Shown here piece by piece: positions 1-13,427 of a stretch of 64,000 bases of DNA. The stretch is from assembly GCA_963845065.1 (NCBI GenBank), contig CAWJQQ010000001.1, positions 192,001 to 256,000 on the forward strand, written 5' to 3'. The position numbers and the translations under genes are program-made. Below the pieces are notes generated by a model. That model did no database searches. It was given only the letters and a program-made list of their open reading frames with translations, and was not told where the DNA came from. The first letter of the stretch is position 1; each line of letters begins with the position of its first letter. The stretch is from Nitrospirota bacterium. GTDB taxonomy: Bacteria; Nitrospirota; UBA9217.

Positions 1-706
1 TTTCGGCATCGTTGATTCCGCGATCTGGGCCACAGCGACCACAGCAGCCTCTAACGGCTCGGTCAATTCCATGCATGATTCCTTCACACCCATGGGAGGC
101 CTCTACCCGCTGGTACTGATACAGTTTGGAGAGGTGATCTTCGGAGGTGTGGGCTCCGGGCTTTACGGCATGCTGATCATGGCCATTATTACGGTTTTCA
201 TAGCAGGCCTCATGGTCGGACGCACACCGGAGTATCTGGGCAAGAAGATCGAGATGTTCGAGATGAAGATGGCATCGATCTCTGTGCTGGTCGTGAATGC
301 GCTGGTCAAGATCGGCACGGCTGTCGGGGTTGCGACTACAGCGGGCGTAGCGGGAGTAGCGAACCCTGGTCCGCATGGATTTTCCGAGATCCTCTACGCC
401 TTCTCGTCTGCAGCGAACAACAACGGCAGTGCCTTTGCAGGTTTAAACGCCAATACGTTCTTCTATAACACTGCACTCGGGCTAACCATGTTCCTTGGCC
501 GATTCTGGGTAATCATCCCTGTGCTTGCCATTGCCGGTTCGCTTGCGAAGAAGAAGCAGGTCCCTGCGGGTCTGGGAACGCTGCCAACCCATACACCCTT
601 GTTCGTAGCGCTATTGATCGGGGTCATTGTGATTATCGGAGCGTTGACGTTCATGCCGGCCTGGGCCTTGGGGCCGATTGCGGAACATATGATGGCCGTA
701 CGATAG
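1..706 (+). CDS. kdpA: K+-transporting ATPase subunit A, 5'-truncated by window edge
   Basis: Motifs [28 protein letters not shown] and NNGSAFAG; directly upstream of kdpB. Confidence 0.97.
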   Translation, partial: FGIVDSAIWATATTAASNGSVNSMHDSFTPMGGLYPLVLIQFGEVIFGGVGSGLYGMLIMAIITVFIAGLMVGRTPEYLGKKIEMFEMKMASISVLVVNALVKIGTAVGVATTAGVAGVANPGPHGFSEILYAFSSAANNNGSAFAGLNANTFFYNTALGLTMFLGRFWVIIPVLAIAGSLAKKKQVPAGLGTLPTHTPLFVALLIGVIVIIGALTFMPAWALGPIAEHMMAVR

Positions 707-725
707 CAAGAACTATTGAGGAGGG

Positions 726-2807
726 ATGACAATGAGCAGTAAATCGAAAAAACGATCGCTCTTTCAACCGACGATCGTAAAAAAAGCACTATGGGATTCG
801 TTTAGAAAATTGAATCCTGTACACCAGATCAAGAACCCTGTCATGTTTGTCGTGGAAGTCGGCAGTATTTTGACGACGCTCCTGTTCATTCACGCAGCAT
901 TCACGGGAAAAGGCGAGGCGTCTCCTTCCTTCATCCTGCAGATATCCATCTGGCTCTGGATAACGGTGCTTTTCGCCAATTTCGCCGAATCCATGGCAGA
1001 GGGTCGCGGTAAGGCACAGGCCGAATCGCTTCGCAAAACACGGCGTGACGTGATGGCCAAACGCCTGGCGAAGCCGAAACCTGATGCAGAGGTCACGAAA
1101 ATCGCCTCATCTCAGCTCAAAAAGGGTGATGTCGTTCTCGTAGAGGCAGGCGACGTCATCCCGATGGACGGAGAAATCATCGAAGGTGTTGCATCGGTCA
1201 ATGAAAGCGCCGTGACTGGCGAGAGCGCACCAGTGATCCGAGAAAGCGGCGGAGACCGGAGCGCGGTCACGGGTGGGACCACGGTCCTGTCCGACTGGCT
1301 TGTGGTTCGCATCACGACGAGCCCGGGAGAGACGTTCCTCGACCGCATGATTGCAATGGTGGAAGGCGCAAAGCGCCAGAAGACGCCGAATGAGATCGCC
1401 CTTGACATCCTTCTCGCTGGGATGACGATTGTGTTCCTGCTCGTATGCGTGACGCTTCTTCCCTATTCCCTCTTCAGCGTCAAGGCAGCTGGCCAGGGCA
1501 CTCCGGTCACCATTACCGTACTTGTTGCGCTTCTCGTATGTCTCATCCCGACCACGATCGGCGGCCTGCTTTCCGCCATCGGCATCGCAGGCATGGACCG
1601 GATGATCCAGGCAAATGTCATCGCCACGTCGGGACGGGCCGTGGAAGCAGCCGGAGACGTTGACGTGCTACTGCTCGATAAAACCGGCACCATAACCCTT
1701 GGAAACCGGCAGGCCACGGAGTTTATCCCTGCGCCAGGAGTGCATGTAGGAGCACTTGCCGATGCAGCACAGCTCGCCTCATTAGCAGATGAAACTCCTG
1801 AAGGAAGAAGCATCGTGGTCCTTGCAAAAGATAAGTACAGCCTCCGCGCCCGGGATATGCAAAGCATCAAGGCGGAGTTTGTCCCGTTCACTGCCCAGAC
1901 CCGGATGAGCGGGGTAAACCTCGACAATCGGGAAGTCCGCAAGGGCGCTGCCGACGCAGTTGAAAACTACGTTAAGAAGAAGGGTGGAGCATTCCCTCCC
2001 GATGTTCGCTTGATCGTGGACGACATTGCCAAACAGGGCGCAACGCCGCTCGTGGTTGCCGAAGGAAATAAAGTGCTCGGCGTCATCCGGTTGAACGATA
2101 TTGTCAAGGGCGGGATCAAGGAACGCTTTGCCGAGATGCGAAAGATGGGAATCAAAACAGTCATGATCACCGGTGACAACCCGCTCACCGCTGCCGCGGT
2201 TGCGGCCGAGGCTGGAGTGGACGATTTTCTGGCAGAGGCGACACCGGAGGCAAAGCTCAAGCTGATCCGCGACCACCAAAAAGGCGGGAGGCTCGTTGCC
2301 ATGACCGGAGACGGCACGAATGACGCGCCCGCGCTTGCCCAAGCGGACGTGGCCGTGGCAATGCACACCGGGACCCAGGCCGCGAAGGAAGCAGGCAACC
2401 TGATAGACCTCGATTCCAACCCTACGAAGCTCATTCAAATAGTCGAGATCGGGAAGCAGCTCTTGATGACCCGTGGCACGCTCACGACCTTCAGCATCGC
2501 AAATGATGTAGCGAAATATTTCGCCATTTTGCCTGCTGCGTTCATCTCCATCTATCCTGCGTTAGGGGCGCTCAATATCATGGGCCTTGCAACGCCACAG
2601 AGCGCTGTATTGTCTGCTGTGATCTTTAACGCGCTTATCATTATTTTCCTTGTTCCTTTGGCCCTTCGCGGCGTGAAATACCGCCCTCTCGGCGCGTCGG
2701 TAGTCTTACGAAATAACGCTCTGATTTACGGCGTTGGCGGGCTCATCGTGCCGTTTATCGGCATTAAGCTAGTCGATATGATTATAACGGCATTGCATAT
2801 TGTTTAA
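726..2807 (+). CDS. kdpB: K+-transporting P-type ATPase subunit B
   Basis: TGES, DKTGT (phospho-Asp), KGA and [10 protein letters not shown] motifs; 693 aa. Confidence 0.98.
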   Translation: MTMSSKSKKRSLFQPTIVKKALWDSFRKLNPVHQIKNPVMFVVEVGSILTTLLFIHAAFTGKGEASPSFILQISIWLWITVLFANFAESMAEGRGKAQAESLRKTRRDVMAKRLAKPKPDAEVTKIASSQLKKGDVVLVEAGDVIPMDGEIIEGVASVNESAVTGESAPVIRESGGDRSAVTGGTTVLSDWLVVRITTSPGETFLDRMIAMVEGAKRQKTPNEIALDILLAGMTIVFLLVCVTLLPYSLFSVKAAGQGTPVTITVLVALLVCLIPTTIGGLLSAIGIAGMDRMIQANVIATSGRAVEAAGDVDVLLLDKTGTITLGNRQATEFIPAPGVHVGALADAAQLASLADETPEGRSIVVLAKDKYSLRARDMQSIKAEFVPFTAQTRMSGVNLDNREVRKGAADAVENYVKKKGGAFPPDVRLIVDDIAKQGATPLVVAEGNKVLGVIRLNDIVKGGIKERFAEMRKMGIKTVMITGDNPLTAAAVAAEAGVDDFLAEATPEAKLKLIRDHQKGGRLVAMTGDGTNDAPALAQADVAVAMHTGTQAAKEAGNLIDLDSNPTKLIQIVEIGKQLLMTRGTLTTFSIANDVAKYFAILPAAFISIYPALGALNIMGLATPQSAVLSAVIFNALIIIFLVPLALRGVKYRPLGASVVLRNNALIYGVGGLIVPFIGIKLVDMIITALHIV

Positions 2808-2826
2808 TTAATTTGAGGAGATTGAA

Positions 2827-3996
2827 ATGAAAAAAATGGGTTCTATTCTAGGCTTGAAAATCGGCTTGATGATATTCTGCGGCATGGTGGCACTGGCGGT
2901 GCCAGTATTCGCAGAAGATGCTAAGCCGGCGGCACCGGTAGTGAGCGCCGATGACATCAAAAAAGCACTCGGTATCAGCTTCTACGTTCAGGGCGGCTAT
3001 ACGTACAATGGGAACGCCAGCAACGGCGCTACCCAGGACTCGGTTAACGATTTGAGGGTGTTCGACCACGATGCTAACAGCTTTACGCTCGACCTTGCCC
3101 AGATCCTAATCTCGAAGGATACGCCAACTCCGGGCAACGTCGGCTACAGAATCAAGCTTTCCACGGGCGAGACGGCAAAGTGGATCCATGCGCGGGGCAT
3201 GAGCGGCGCAGCCCTGAACCAGCCCCAGTCCGGCGAGGGGACCGATACATTTGACGTGACTGAGGCATATGTGAGCTATATGTCGCCGATCGGCAGTGGC
3301 CTCAGGTTCGATCTTGGCAAGATGGTCACATATTTCGGCGCTGAAGTGATCGAGGCAATCGACAACCCGAACTATTCCCGGTCGTTCCTGTTCAACTATG
3401 CAGTTCCGTTCACGCATACTGGCCTCAAGATGAGCTATGGCATTACCGATGCCTTAAGCGCAAGCTTGTATGTCGTCAACGGATGGGACAATGCAGAAGA
3501 CAACAACTCCGGAAAGTCTCTAGGCGTCAGCATCGGCTATGCACCTTCGGACATCTTTTCAGGGAACGTCAACTACATGTCCGGACCCGAGCAGGATAGC
3601 AACACCCACGATATCCGGCAGCTGGTTGATCTGATTGCCACGATCAAGCCGATAAAGCCACTATCATTCATATTGAACTATGATAACGGAAACGAGCAAG
3701 ACGCCGTCCCATCAGGCACGGCAAAGTGGTCGGGTTTTGCCGGCATCGTGAAGTACGACTTTAACGATACCTACAGCCTGTCGCTCAGAGGCGAGGAATT
3801 CGACGACCCGCAGGGCTTCAGGACCGGCACACAGCAGAGCCTGGCAGAATTGACGGTGACGCCGGAAATCCGAGTACCCGGTGGCCTGATCGTACGGCCG
3901 GAATACCGCCATGACACATCTAACGAGAAGTCCTTTGACAATGAAACGAAGAAGTCCCAGGACACCATCGCCTTGGGCGCCATGTATAGATGGTAA
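2827..3996 (+). CDS. Outer-membrane beta-barrel protein (putative porin, BBP2/OmpL-like) inside the kdp operon
   Basis: Signal peptide (VFA-E), alternating beta-strand pattern, NPNYSRSFLF..PFTHTG motif, C-terminal aromatic YRW. Confidence 0.8.
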   Translation: MKKMGSILGLKIGLMIFCGMVALAVPVFAEDAKPAAPVVSADDIKKALGISFYVQGGYTYNGNASNGATQDSVNDLRVFDHDANSFTLDLAQILISKDTPTPGNVGYRIKLSTGETAKWIHARGMSGAALNQPQSGEGTDTFDVTEAYVSYMSPIGSGLRFDLGKMVTYFGAEVIEAIDNPNYSRSFLFNYAVPFTHTGLKMSYGITDALSASLYVVNGWDNAEDNNSGKSLGVSIGYAPSDIFSGNVNYMSGPEQDSNTHDIRQLVDLIATIKPIKPLSFILNYDNGNEQDAVPSGTAKWSGFAGIVKYDFNDTYSLSLRGEEFDDPQGFRTGTQQSLAELTVTPEIRVPGGLIVRPEYRHDTSNEKSFDNETKKSQDTIALGAMYRW

Positions 3997-4020
3997 GGAA
4001 TTGAACTATCGGAGGGATCA

Positions 4021-4593
4021 ATGACTACAATAATTCGCAATTCGCTCATGTCCGTACTGCTGTTCACGATCCTCACGGGGATCATCTATCCCCTTGCAGT
4101 GACCGGGATCGTTCAAGTGATATTCCCGCGGCAGGCAAACGGGAGCATTATCACGAAGAACGGCAAAGCCGTCGGGTCCAAGCTGATCGGCCAGCAGTTC
4201 GATGACCCGAAATTTTTCTGGGGAAGGTTGTCGGCAACAATGCCATATCCCTACAATGGTGGATCTTCTACGGGCTCCAATCTCGGCCCTAACAACCCTG
4301 ATCTCATTAAGGCTGTGCAGGCGCGTATAGATGCTCTGCATGCAGCCGATCCAGGGAATAACGCGAAGATACCCGTTGATCTGGTCACTGCTTCCGGTAG
4401 CGGGCTTGATCCGCATATCAGCCTTGCTGCTGCTGAATATCAGATACGCCGAGTGGCAAAGGCCCGAGGACTCGAGGATGCCAAGATCCGCGATATCGTT
4501 GCCAATAATACCACGGGACCTTGGCTCGGTTTGATCGGCGAACCGGCGGTCAATGTTCTTGAGTTGAACTTGGCGCTCGACGAGCAAAAATAA
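4021..4593 (+). CDS. kdpC: K+-transporting ATPase subunit C
   Basis: QANGS, GSKLIGQQF, SGSGLDPHIS and VNVLELNLALD motifs. Confidence 0.97.
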   Translation: MTTIIRNSLMSVLLFTILTGIIYPLAVTGIVQVIFPRQANGSIITKNGKAVGSKLIGQQFDDPKFFWGRLSATMPYPYNGGSSTGSNLGPNNPDLIKAVQARIDALHAADPGNNAKIPVDLVTASGSGLDPHISLAAAEYQIRRVAKARGLEDAKIRDIVANNTTGPWLGLIGEPAVNVLELNLALDEQK

Positions 4594-4609
4594 CTGCAGA
4601 GAATAAAAC

Positions 4610-4999
4610 ATGAAAAAGATTGGAAAGCTTATTGTTGTTCTGCTGATCTCATACATGGGACTACCTCAGCTCGCTCATGCAGTTTCCTGGTCTCCCCTCC
4701 AAGAGGAATATGAAGAGAACGCTGCAAAGGGAATCATGGGAAAGGGCACCATCGTATGCCTGTTTCAGAGTGGGACGCCGGACGTAAAGATGGCGATCAA
4801 CACAAATGATATTCTTACAGTTTACCGCGAAAGTACGTCCCATGAACTTATGGAAGTAGGAAAGATCAAGGTGCTTTCTTATGTGAGGGAAGATTATTTA
4901 AAAGGCAAGGTCGTTGAAGGTGAGATCAAGGCCGGTGACATCGCGAAAAAGGGCGATGTTGCAAGCCTCATCATATCGTCAGGAGACAAGTGTAACTAG
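4610..4999 (+). CDS. Exported hypothetical protein, last gene of the kdp operon
   Basis: Signal peptide ending AHA; follows kdpC closely and precedes a terminator. Confidence 0.7.
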   Translation: MKKIGKLIVVLLISYMGLPQLAHAVSWSPLQEEYEENAAKGIMGKGTIVCLFQSGTPDVKMAINTNDILTVYRESTSHELMEVGKIKVLSYVREDYLKGKVVEGEIKAGDIAKKGDVASLIISSGDKCN

Positions 5000-5050
5000 T
5001 TCAATCTATAGCGATCGCTGATATATAGTAAAAAACACGTTACCCCATGC

Positions 5051-5079
5051 GGGGCCCCTCTGTAGGGCCCCTTTTTTTT
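5051..5079 (+). terminator. Rho-independent terminator of the kdp operon
   Basis: GGGGCCC-N7-GGGCCCC followed by T8. Confidence 0.85.
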
Positions 5080-5528
5080 GCTCACTCGATATAACGTTTA
5101 AGAGTGTAGTTACAGACCTGTACATCGTCAAGTTGGTTTCATAATAGATACTTCAGTGGAAGGCCAAATTATCTGGTTGTGATCAGTACGTAACCTGATT
5201 CGCGAAACGGTTTTCTCAATGAAGGATCATCAATTTTAATTTGATTTTAGAATTATTTAAAATAAAGATTTCTGATATACTAAACTTTTAAACCATGGTC
5301 GCAAAGGCTAGAAGAAGGGCATTTTCAAGAGTCATTATCATTTGCATGTGTGATCTTAAAAGTTCGTTGTGCAAGAATGCACCATTGTATGCTGCTCTTT
5401 TATTAACAACAACGAATATGTACTACAATACCAAAATCGAACAAAGGTTATTTAATTTCGTCTCACTATTCTTTACATTCTGTGAAAAATTGTATTCTTA
5501 ACTAAACAAATAACATTGGCTCGTCGTT

Positions 5529-5830
5529 ATGATTACGTACATTCTCCTCATAATATTTTTGCCTGATCCTGCTCCTCCCCATGCTCGTGAAGAAAGTCGA
5601 GCATAACCTAGAACTGTTCCTGCTCGTTGTCGGTTCCCTTACTCTTGTGCTCTCTCACCTGATGGGGCCGGAACCGCTTTTGACCATGCGGCTCATTGAG
5701 TCCGCTTTTTTCGCACCCATAAAGTGACCATTGCCACCCTGGTATTCGGCCTCGCCTTCCGGGCGATACGCGAACCGATGAAGAAGATGATAGTTGCAAT
5801 CGAGGATCGGCTCGTAACAGCCTGCTGCGG
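5529..5830 (+). pseudogene. Fragment of DUF1646-family membrane protein
   Basis: Frameshifted LILLLPMLVKKVEHNLELFLLVVG segment; truncated; end approximate. Confidence 0.5.
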
Positions 5831-6005
5831 GCCTTTCAAAGGCAGGACAAACGTCATGAGCGCCAGAATGCCTCCCTCTCCCTGGTTGTCTGCCCGCAGA
5901 ACGAGAGTGAGATACTTGACACTTACGACCAAAATTAATGACCAGAAAATAAGAGAAAGCACTCCTAACACATTACCTAGCGTCGGCAGAACCGCATGAG
6001 GGCCC
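5810..6005 (-). pseudogene. kup: Internal fragment of a KUP/HAK/KT potassium transporter
   Basis: [39 protein letters not shown] is the Kup signature; the rest of the gene is missing. Confidence 0.85.
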
Positions 6006-6229
6006 CACTCAGCAACATCCTACCATTGCCGCAGTTTCTTTACGTTTTACGGTGTCAGTTCTCGACTGCACCAGCCAGCCATCTGGATTAAGGTTTCGCT
6101 GGTTATGCGCAGTTCTTAGCATGACCCTTTCCCCGCTGAGCGGGGACCAGAAAATCTTCGGCTCCTTGCCGCGCCCAATATTATGGCGATAGTGCGACAT
6201 ACTGGTTGTAATATATACTGACCGTGTTA

Positions 6230-6976
6230 TCAATACCGCGTCGATTCAACAGACTTTAGCAACCTTTCCCGCATGCTAACCAGTTGTTCCACTTCCATTG
6301 ATGCGGGATTATTGAATACGTCCTTCGGCGTACCTGATTGTGCAACACTGCCGTGAGCATATACAATAATCTTATCCGCCATTGAATACGCTTCGAATAC
6401 ATCATGTGTAACAAAGACTGTCGGGATTGGAAACTCTCGGTGGATCGCTTTAAGAAAATACTGCATCTCTGCTCGAAGCGGATTATCGAGTGCAGAAAAG
6501 GGTTCATCAAGAAGCAATACGCCCGGCCTTCTGATGAGTGCGCGTGCAAGCGCAACACGCTGTTTCTGTCCGCCCGATATCTCAGAAGGATATTTTTTCT
6601 CAATTTCTGTAATTTTGAACCTTTCGATCATATTGTCTGCTCGTTGGTCACGTTCAACCTTAGACAAACCATGCGCGCCGTAGAGTATGTTCTCTCGTAT
6701 CGTCATATGCGGAAACAGCGCTAGGTCCTGGAAGACATACCCGCAAGATCGTTCTTGGGATGGCAGGTTTCTGCCAGCCGAACTGTCAAAAAATGTTTTT
6801 TCGTTTAGATTAATAAAACCATGGTCCGGCGAGAGCAGACCTGCGATCATTTGGAGCGTCAGGGTTTTGCCGGCACCGGATCTACCGAAGAGCACAGTTA
6901 GCTCATTACCGATCTCCCACTCTGAATCGAGAGAAAAACCATTCAGTTTCTTTTTTACTTTAACTGATAGCCCCAT
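6230..6976 (-). CDS. modC: Molybdate ABC transporter ATP-binding protein
   Basis: Walker A GRSGAGKT, ISGGQKQR and LLLDEPF; downstream of modB. Confidence 0.92.
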   Translation of the reverse strand: MGLSVKVKKKLNGFSLDSEWEIGNELTVLFGRSGAGKTLTLQMIAGLLSPDHGFINLNEKTFFDSSAGRNLPSQERSCGYVFQDLALFPHMTIRENILYGAHGLSKVERDQRADNMIERFKITEIEKKYPSEISGGQKQRVALARALIRRPGVLLLDEPFSALDNPLRAEMQYFLKAIHREFPIPTVFVTHDVFEAYSMADKIIVYAHGSVAQSGTPKDVFNNPASMEVEQLVSMRERLLKSVESTRY

Positions 6977-7642
6977 CTACAATATCCGCCTGCTCAGTTT
7001 ACTTGCAACGTACAAAAAAAGTCCTGAAAACAAAGTGAACACAATAACCATGATGGTTGCCTGGGATCTGTCGCCGCCGGCTGTCGCGGAATATATGGCC
7101 AACGGCATGGTGTTCGTTCTTCCAGGAATGTTCCCGGCAATCATCAATGTCGCGCCAAACTCGCCCATAGCGCGGGCAAAGGACAGGATCGTACCGGCAA
7201 TTATGCCTTTCTTTGCCAGCGGCAGAATCACTTTGATGGTGGTCCAGTATTCAGAGTGTCCAAGCGTGTAGGAAGCACGGATGAGGTTTTCATCCACGGA
7301 TTCGATAGCGGCCCGTGCCGTCTTCACCATCAGCGGCAGTGCTACCACAAACGATGCAAGCACCGCGGCGTACCAGGTGAACATGATACTCCACCCGGTC
7401 CAGGCATACAAATGCCGTCCTAGAAGCCCGTTCCTGCCGAAGAGGACGATGAGGTAATAACCCGTGACTGTCGGCGGCAGTACGAGCGGTAGCGTAAGAA
7501 GTATATCGAGCAGCTCCTTGCCGAGGAAGTCTTTACGCGACAGGACGTAGGCAGCAGAAAGGCCGACGATCACGACAAACATTGTCGCGACCGCTGCCAC
7601 CTGCACGGAAAGTTTCAGCGAGAACAACAGGGAATCATCCAT
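6977..7642 (-). CDS. modB: Molybdate ABC transporter permease
   Basis: LPLVLPPTVTGY and FARAMGEFGATLMIAGNIPG motifs. Confidence 0.96.
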   Translation of the reverse strand: MDDSLLFSLKLSVQVAAVATMFVVIVGLSAAYVLSRKDFLGKELLDILLTLPLVLPPTVTGYYLIVLFGRNGLLGRHLYAWTGWSIMFTWYAAVLASFVVALPLMVKTARAAIESVDENLIRASYTLGHSEYWTTIKVILPLAKKGIIAGTILSFARAMGEFGATLMIAGNIPGRTNTMPLAIYSATAGGDRSQATIMVIVFTLFSGLFLYVASKLSRRIL

Positions 7643-7676
7643 TTATATGGCTCCTGTTCTCTCCGGGGGCAAAGGA

Positions 7677-8465
7677 CTACTTTACCGGCACTATCGGCTG
7701 AAATCCATAATTGGAGAGAATTTTTTTGCCTTCGTCAGAAGTAACCAGGGCTATGAAGCTCCGTGCAGCTCTATCGTTCTTTGATCCTTTAACGACGGCA
7801 ATGGGGTAGATGATGGGTTTATGGCTCGCTTCAGGCGCGGTCACAATGATCTTGACCTCTTGTTGCTTCACCATCGCATCAGTTGAGTAGACGACACCGG
7901 CATCCACTTCACCCCGAGCTACGTAATCAAGCACCTGCCTCACGTTCTCTGCGAGAATAAGCTTAGGTTGAATGATATCAGATATTTTATAATATTGAAA
8001 TGTTTCGGCAGAATATCTGCCGACCGGAACGGTTTTCGGATTACCAATGGCAATCTTCTGTATTTCTGCCTTTTTCAGGTCTTCAAATGAGGTAAGGGTG
8101 ATCTTCGAGGATGAGGGGACGATAAGGACTACGGAATTCGAGACAAAATTTGTTCTTGTCTCCTTCACGACAAAACCCGCATTGTCGAGGTCGTCCATGT
8201 CTTTGAGAGCGGCAGAGGCAAAGACATCGACGGGAGCACCGCCCTTGATCTGCGTCATCAGGTCGCCCGATGCGCCGAGGTTGAACGTGACCTTGCTGCC
8301 AATATTCTTGGACTCATAAAGCTTTCCTATTTCCTCAAAAGCGTTTTTTAAGCTGATTGCCGCTGACACCGTTATTTCCGTTGTTGGTTCGGCATGAGTG
8401 GATGCGACAGGCAGAACAACCGCAAAAAACGATATAAGCAGCATCACAGCAATTTTATTCATCAT
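7677..8465 (-). CDS. modA: Molybdate ABC transporter substrate-binding protein
   Basis: Signal peptide; SAAISL, GASGDL, GAPVDVFASA and VPVGRY motifs. Confidence 0.96.
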   Translation of the reverse strand: MMNKIAVMLLISFFAVVLPVASTHAEPTTEITVSAAISLKNAFEEIGKLYESKNIGSKVTFNLGASGDLMTQIKGGAPVDVFASAALKDMDDLDNAGFVVKETRTNFVSNSVVLIVPSSSKITLTSFEDLKKAEIQKIAIGNPKTVPVGRYSAETFQYYKISDIIQPKLILAENVRQVLDYVARGEVDAGVVYSTDAMVKQQEVKIIVTAPEASHKPIIYPIAVVKGSKNDRAARSFIALVTSDEGKKILSNYGFQPIVPVK

Positions 8466-8530
8466 GATTCCCTCTCCTTTGTTGGTCGTCTCTGATGTGA
8501 TAAAATATAATTATAATGTCCCGACTGAAA

Positions 8531-8872
8531 TCAATATTGTTTGCAGCGTTCTTCAAGAATCGATGACCAGACAGTCCCAAATTTCTGCCAATACCAGCTA
8601 ACTGAATCGTCACCTAAGCGTGTCAATCGAACTTTGTTTGAGTCCGCACAGCTTCTGTTGAATTCAACTAGCGGTTCCCGGAAGGATCCGATCATGTCCT
8701 CCGAGAGCTCTCTTGCATGATCCGAATCAACGCCTGCGGCCTGCGCAGCTTGTGAAAGCACCCCTAGTCTTCGTATCTCATCGAGCAGCACGGCCATCCG
8801 GTATCTCAATGCCCCGCCTTCAGTTTCAGCTATAACGCAGCAACTTGGTGGCTCCAAGCATGTCACGTTCAT
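8531..8872 (-). CDS. Small divergent ModE-like winged-HTH protein
   Basis: LLDEIRRLGVLSQAAQAAG..EPLVE..VRLT resembles the ModE N-terminal HTH; GAGAGG RBS before ATG 8872; sigma54 promoter upstream. Confidence 0.55.
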   Translation of the reverse strand: MNVTCLEPPSCCVIAETEGGALRYRMAVLLDEIRRLGVLSQAAQAAGVDSDHARELSEDMIGSFREPLVEFNRSCADSNKVRLTRLGDDSVSWYWQKFGTVWSSILEERCKQY

Positions 8873-8921
8873 GGTCTCATCCTCTCTTTGATTATTCTGA
8901 GCACATGATAACGTTTGAAAT

Positions 8922-8937
8922 AGCAAAGTCGCTGCCA
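8922..8937 (-). promoter_or_regulatory. sigma54 -24/-12 promoter for the ModE-like gene and modABC
   Basis: TGGCAGC-GACT-TTGCT on the minus strand. Confidence 0.75.
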
Positions 8938-9290
8938 AATGGTTATATCTTAGTTTTCAACGTATTCCGGGAGAGTGGAAAAACTACGAATGATCAGAAA
9001 ATGATCATCTGCATTTAACTGATGCACTTACGCTTGGCCGATTTAAAAAAAATAAGGGCTGTGTAGAAAAATTCTAGCAGCTAATTTCACATCAAAATAA
9101 ACGTTTCCAGATCTTCCAATCCGATATGAAATAGTAAACACAGCAATGCTGAAGATAAGAATTTCAACAACTATCATGAGTTGCCCTCACTATGCAACGC
9201 GGCAAGGTCCCTACTAATATTTTTCAAAGATACAAACCAACCCTCTATAGGCACCGCATTTCACATAAGTGCCTACTATAGCTTAACAGC

Positions 9291-9635
9291 TCATTTCTTG
9301 ACAGAAAATATTTTTTGAAATTTTGCATCAATATACTGCTGGAAATCCTTTTCTAGGATTTCGAATTGTTTTACAAACTTCCTCACATCTTCGGTCAGGA
9401 CCACGCCACCTCCGTCCCTCCCTCCGGTATGGCGCTCGACTAGCTTTACGCCAAGTCGCTCTTCCATGGCCCTCAGAGCGCCCCAGGCTTTCCGAAAGGA
9501 CATGTTCATCTCACGCACAGCGCGGTTGATCGAGCCGCTTCGATCGATCGCCTCAAGAAGGAGCCTCCTGCCGCTGCCGAAGACCGGCTTGTTGTTTTCC
9601 TCAATCCAAAGCTTTGACTTGATATTCATTGGCAT
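9291..9635 (-). CDS. modE: ModE-family regulator, HTH domain only (no TOBE domain)
   Basis: KLWIEE..VFGSGR..LLEAIDRSGSIN..MSFRKAW..LVERHTGGRDGGG. Confidence 0.85.
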   Translation of the reverse strand: MPMNIKSKLWIEENNKPVFGSGRRLLLEAIDRSGSINRAVREMNMSFRKAWGALRAMEERLGVKLVERHTGGRDGGGVVLTEDVRKFVKQFEILEKDFQQYIDAKFQKIFSVKK

Positions 9636-9754
9636 ATGCCTACTATTATGGATATTTCGCATAACGCTGGATCAAAAAATTGTTACAATCGTGATACTGT
9701 GTTTGAGTGCACTATCCAGGGACCCGATCGTCGAAAATGTCTGTAGACATTGGG

Positions 9755-11796
<2,042 letters not shown>

Positions 11797-11854
11797 TTAA
11801 CAGTTTAAACCGTTTGAACCGTTTACGATGTTTAAACCGATTGTAGGAGGAGTC

Positions 11855-13327
11855 ATGGGCACAGAAGTGAAGGATAAAGAAACCAAGGACGCTAAACCCG
11901 TGAGCGGCAAGATCAAAGATACACAAAAAATGATCGAAGAGGTCCTGGATGCATACCCGGAGAAATCGAAGAAGGAGCGGGCGAAACACCTTGCAGCCAA
12001 CGATCCGACGGGACAGTGCAGTACTTGCCAGGTGAAGTCGAACGTTAAATCCAGACCCGGAGTCATGACTGTACGCGGCTGCGCTTACGCGGGAGCCAAG
12101 GGAGTGGTCTGGGGGCCGGTTAAGGACCAGATCACGATCAGCCACGGCCCCGTTGGTTGCGGCCAGTATTCCTGGTGGTCGCGCAGGAACTATTACAACG
12201 GCCAGACCGGGATAGACGCCTTCGGCACGATGCACATCACGACGGACTTCCAGGAAAAGAACATCGTCTACGGCGGGGACAAGGGTCTTGAAGCCGCTAT
12301 CAAGGAACTGCATGCACTCTTCCCGCTCGGTCGCGGCATCGGCATCTTGTCCGAGTGCCCTGTGGGACTTATCGGTGATGATATCGAGGCGGTTTCGAAG
12401 CGTGTGGCAAAGGAGATCAACATCCCGATCGTGCCGGTCCGATGCGAAGGCTTCCGCGGCGTGTCTCAGTCGCTGGGCCACCACATTGCAAATGATACGA
12501 TCCGCGATTACGTGCTCGGCAAGGGCGAACTCAAAAAGTCAACGCCCTATGACGTGAACCTCATCGGTGACTACAACATCGGCGGCGACGCCTGGGCTTC
12601 GCGTAAAATTCTCGAGGAGATGGGACTCCGCGTGATATCCCAGTACACCGGCGACTCTACGATCAATGAGATCGGCATCGCGACTAAGGCGAAGCTGAAC
12701 ATCATTCATTGCTACCGCTCTATGAACTATATTTGCAGGCATATGGAGGAGGCTTACGGCATCCCGTGGATGGAGTTCAACTTCTTCGGCCCCACAAAGA
12801 CCTATGACAGCATCAGGAAGATCGCAGCCAAATTCGATGAGAAGATCAAGGCGAATGCCGAGACTGTGATCGCGAAATACAAACCGCTCATGGATATGGT
12901 CATTGAGCATTACCGCCCTAAACTTGAAGGTAAGAAGGTTATGCTTTACGTGGGTGGATTGAGACCCCGTCACACTATCGGCGCATACGAAGACCTGGGC
13001 ATGGAAGTGGTGGCATCAGGATACGAATTCGGGCACAGCGACGACTATAAGCGCACCTATCCGGAAATGAAAGAAGGAGCGGTGATCATGGACGATGCAA
13101 CTTTATACGAACTTGAAGAGTTCACCCGGAGGCTGAAGCCGGACATGGTCGGTTCGGGCATCAAGGAGAAGTATTCGTATCACAAACTGGGCGTGCCATT
13201 CCGGCAAATGCATTCCTGGGACTATTCAGGCCCATATCACGGATTCGACGGGTTCCCAGTTTTTGCCAGGGACATGGATATGACAGTAAATAGCCCAACG
13301 TGGGGATTGATTCGGAGAAAGAAATAA
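11855..13327 (+). CDS. nifD: Nitrogenase MoFe protein alpha chain
   Basis: [36 protein letters not shown] and [19 protein letters not shown] before 11855. Confidence 0.98.
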   Translation: MGTEVKDKETKDAKPVSGKIKDTQKMIEEVLDAYPEKSKKERAKHLAANDPTGQCSTCQVKSNVKSRPGVMTVRGCAYAGAKGVVWGPVKDQITISHGPVGCGQYSWWSRRNYYNGQTGIDAFGTMHITTDFQEKNIVYGGDKGLEAAIKELHALFPLGRGIGILSECPVGLIGDDIEAVSKRVAKEINIPIVPVRCEGFRGVSQSLGHHIANDTIRDYVLGKGELKKSTPYDVNLIGDYNIGGDAWASRKILEEMGLRVISQYTGDSTINEIGIATKAKLNIIHCYRSMNYICRHMEEAYGIPWMEFNFFGPTKTYDSIRKIAAKFDEKIKANAETVIAKYKPLMDMVIEHYRPKLEGKKVMLYVGGLRPRHTIGAYEDLGMEVVASGYEFGHSDDYKRTYPEMKEGAVIMDDATLYELEEFTRRLKPDMVGSGIKEKYSYHKLGVPFRQMHSWDYSGPYHGFDGFPVFARDMDMTVNSPTWGLIRRKK

Positions 13328-13427
13328 CGAACTATAAGAGCAATTACAATCATGGGTTCAGCGTATGGGAAACCATTGACCTGTACCCTGCGCGATGCAG
13401 TTACCCGTGCTTCCAATGGAGGATATT

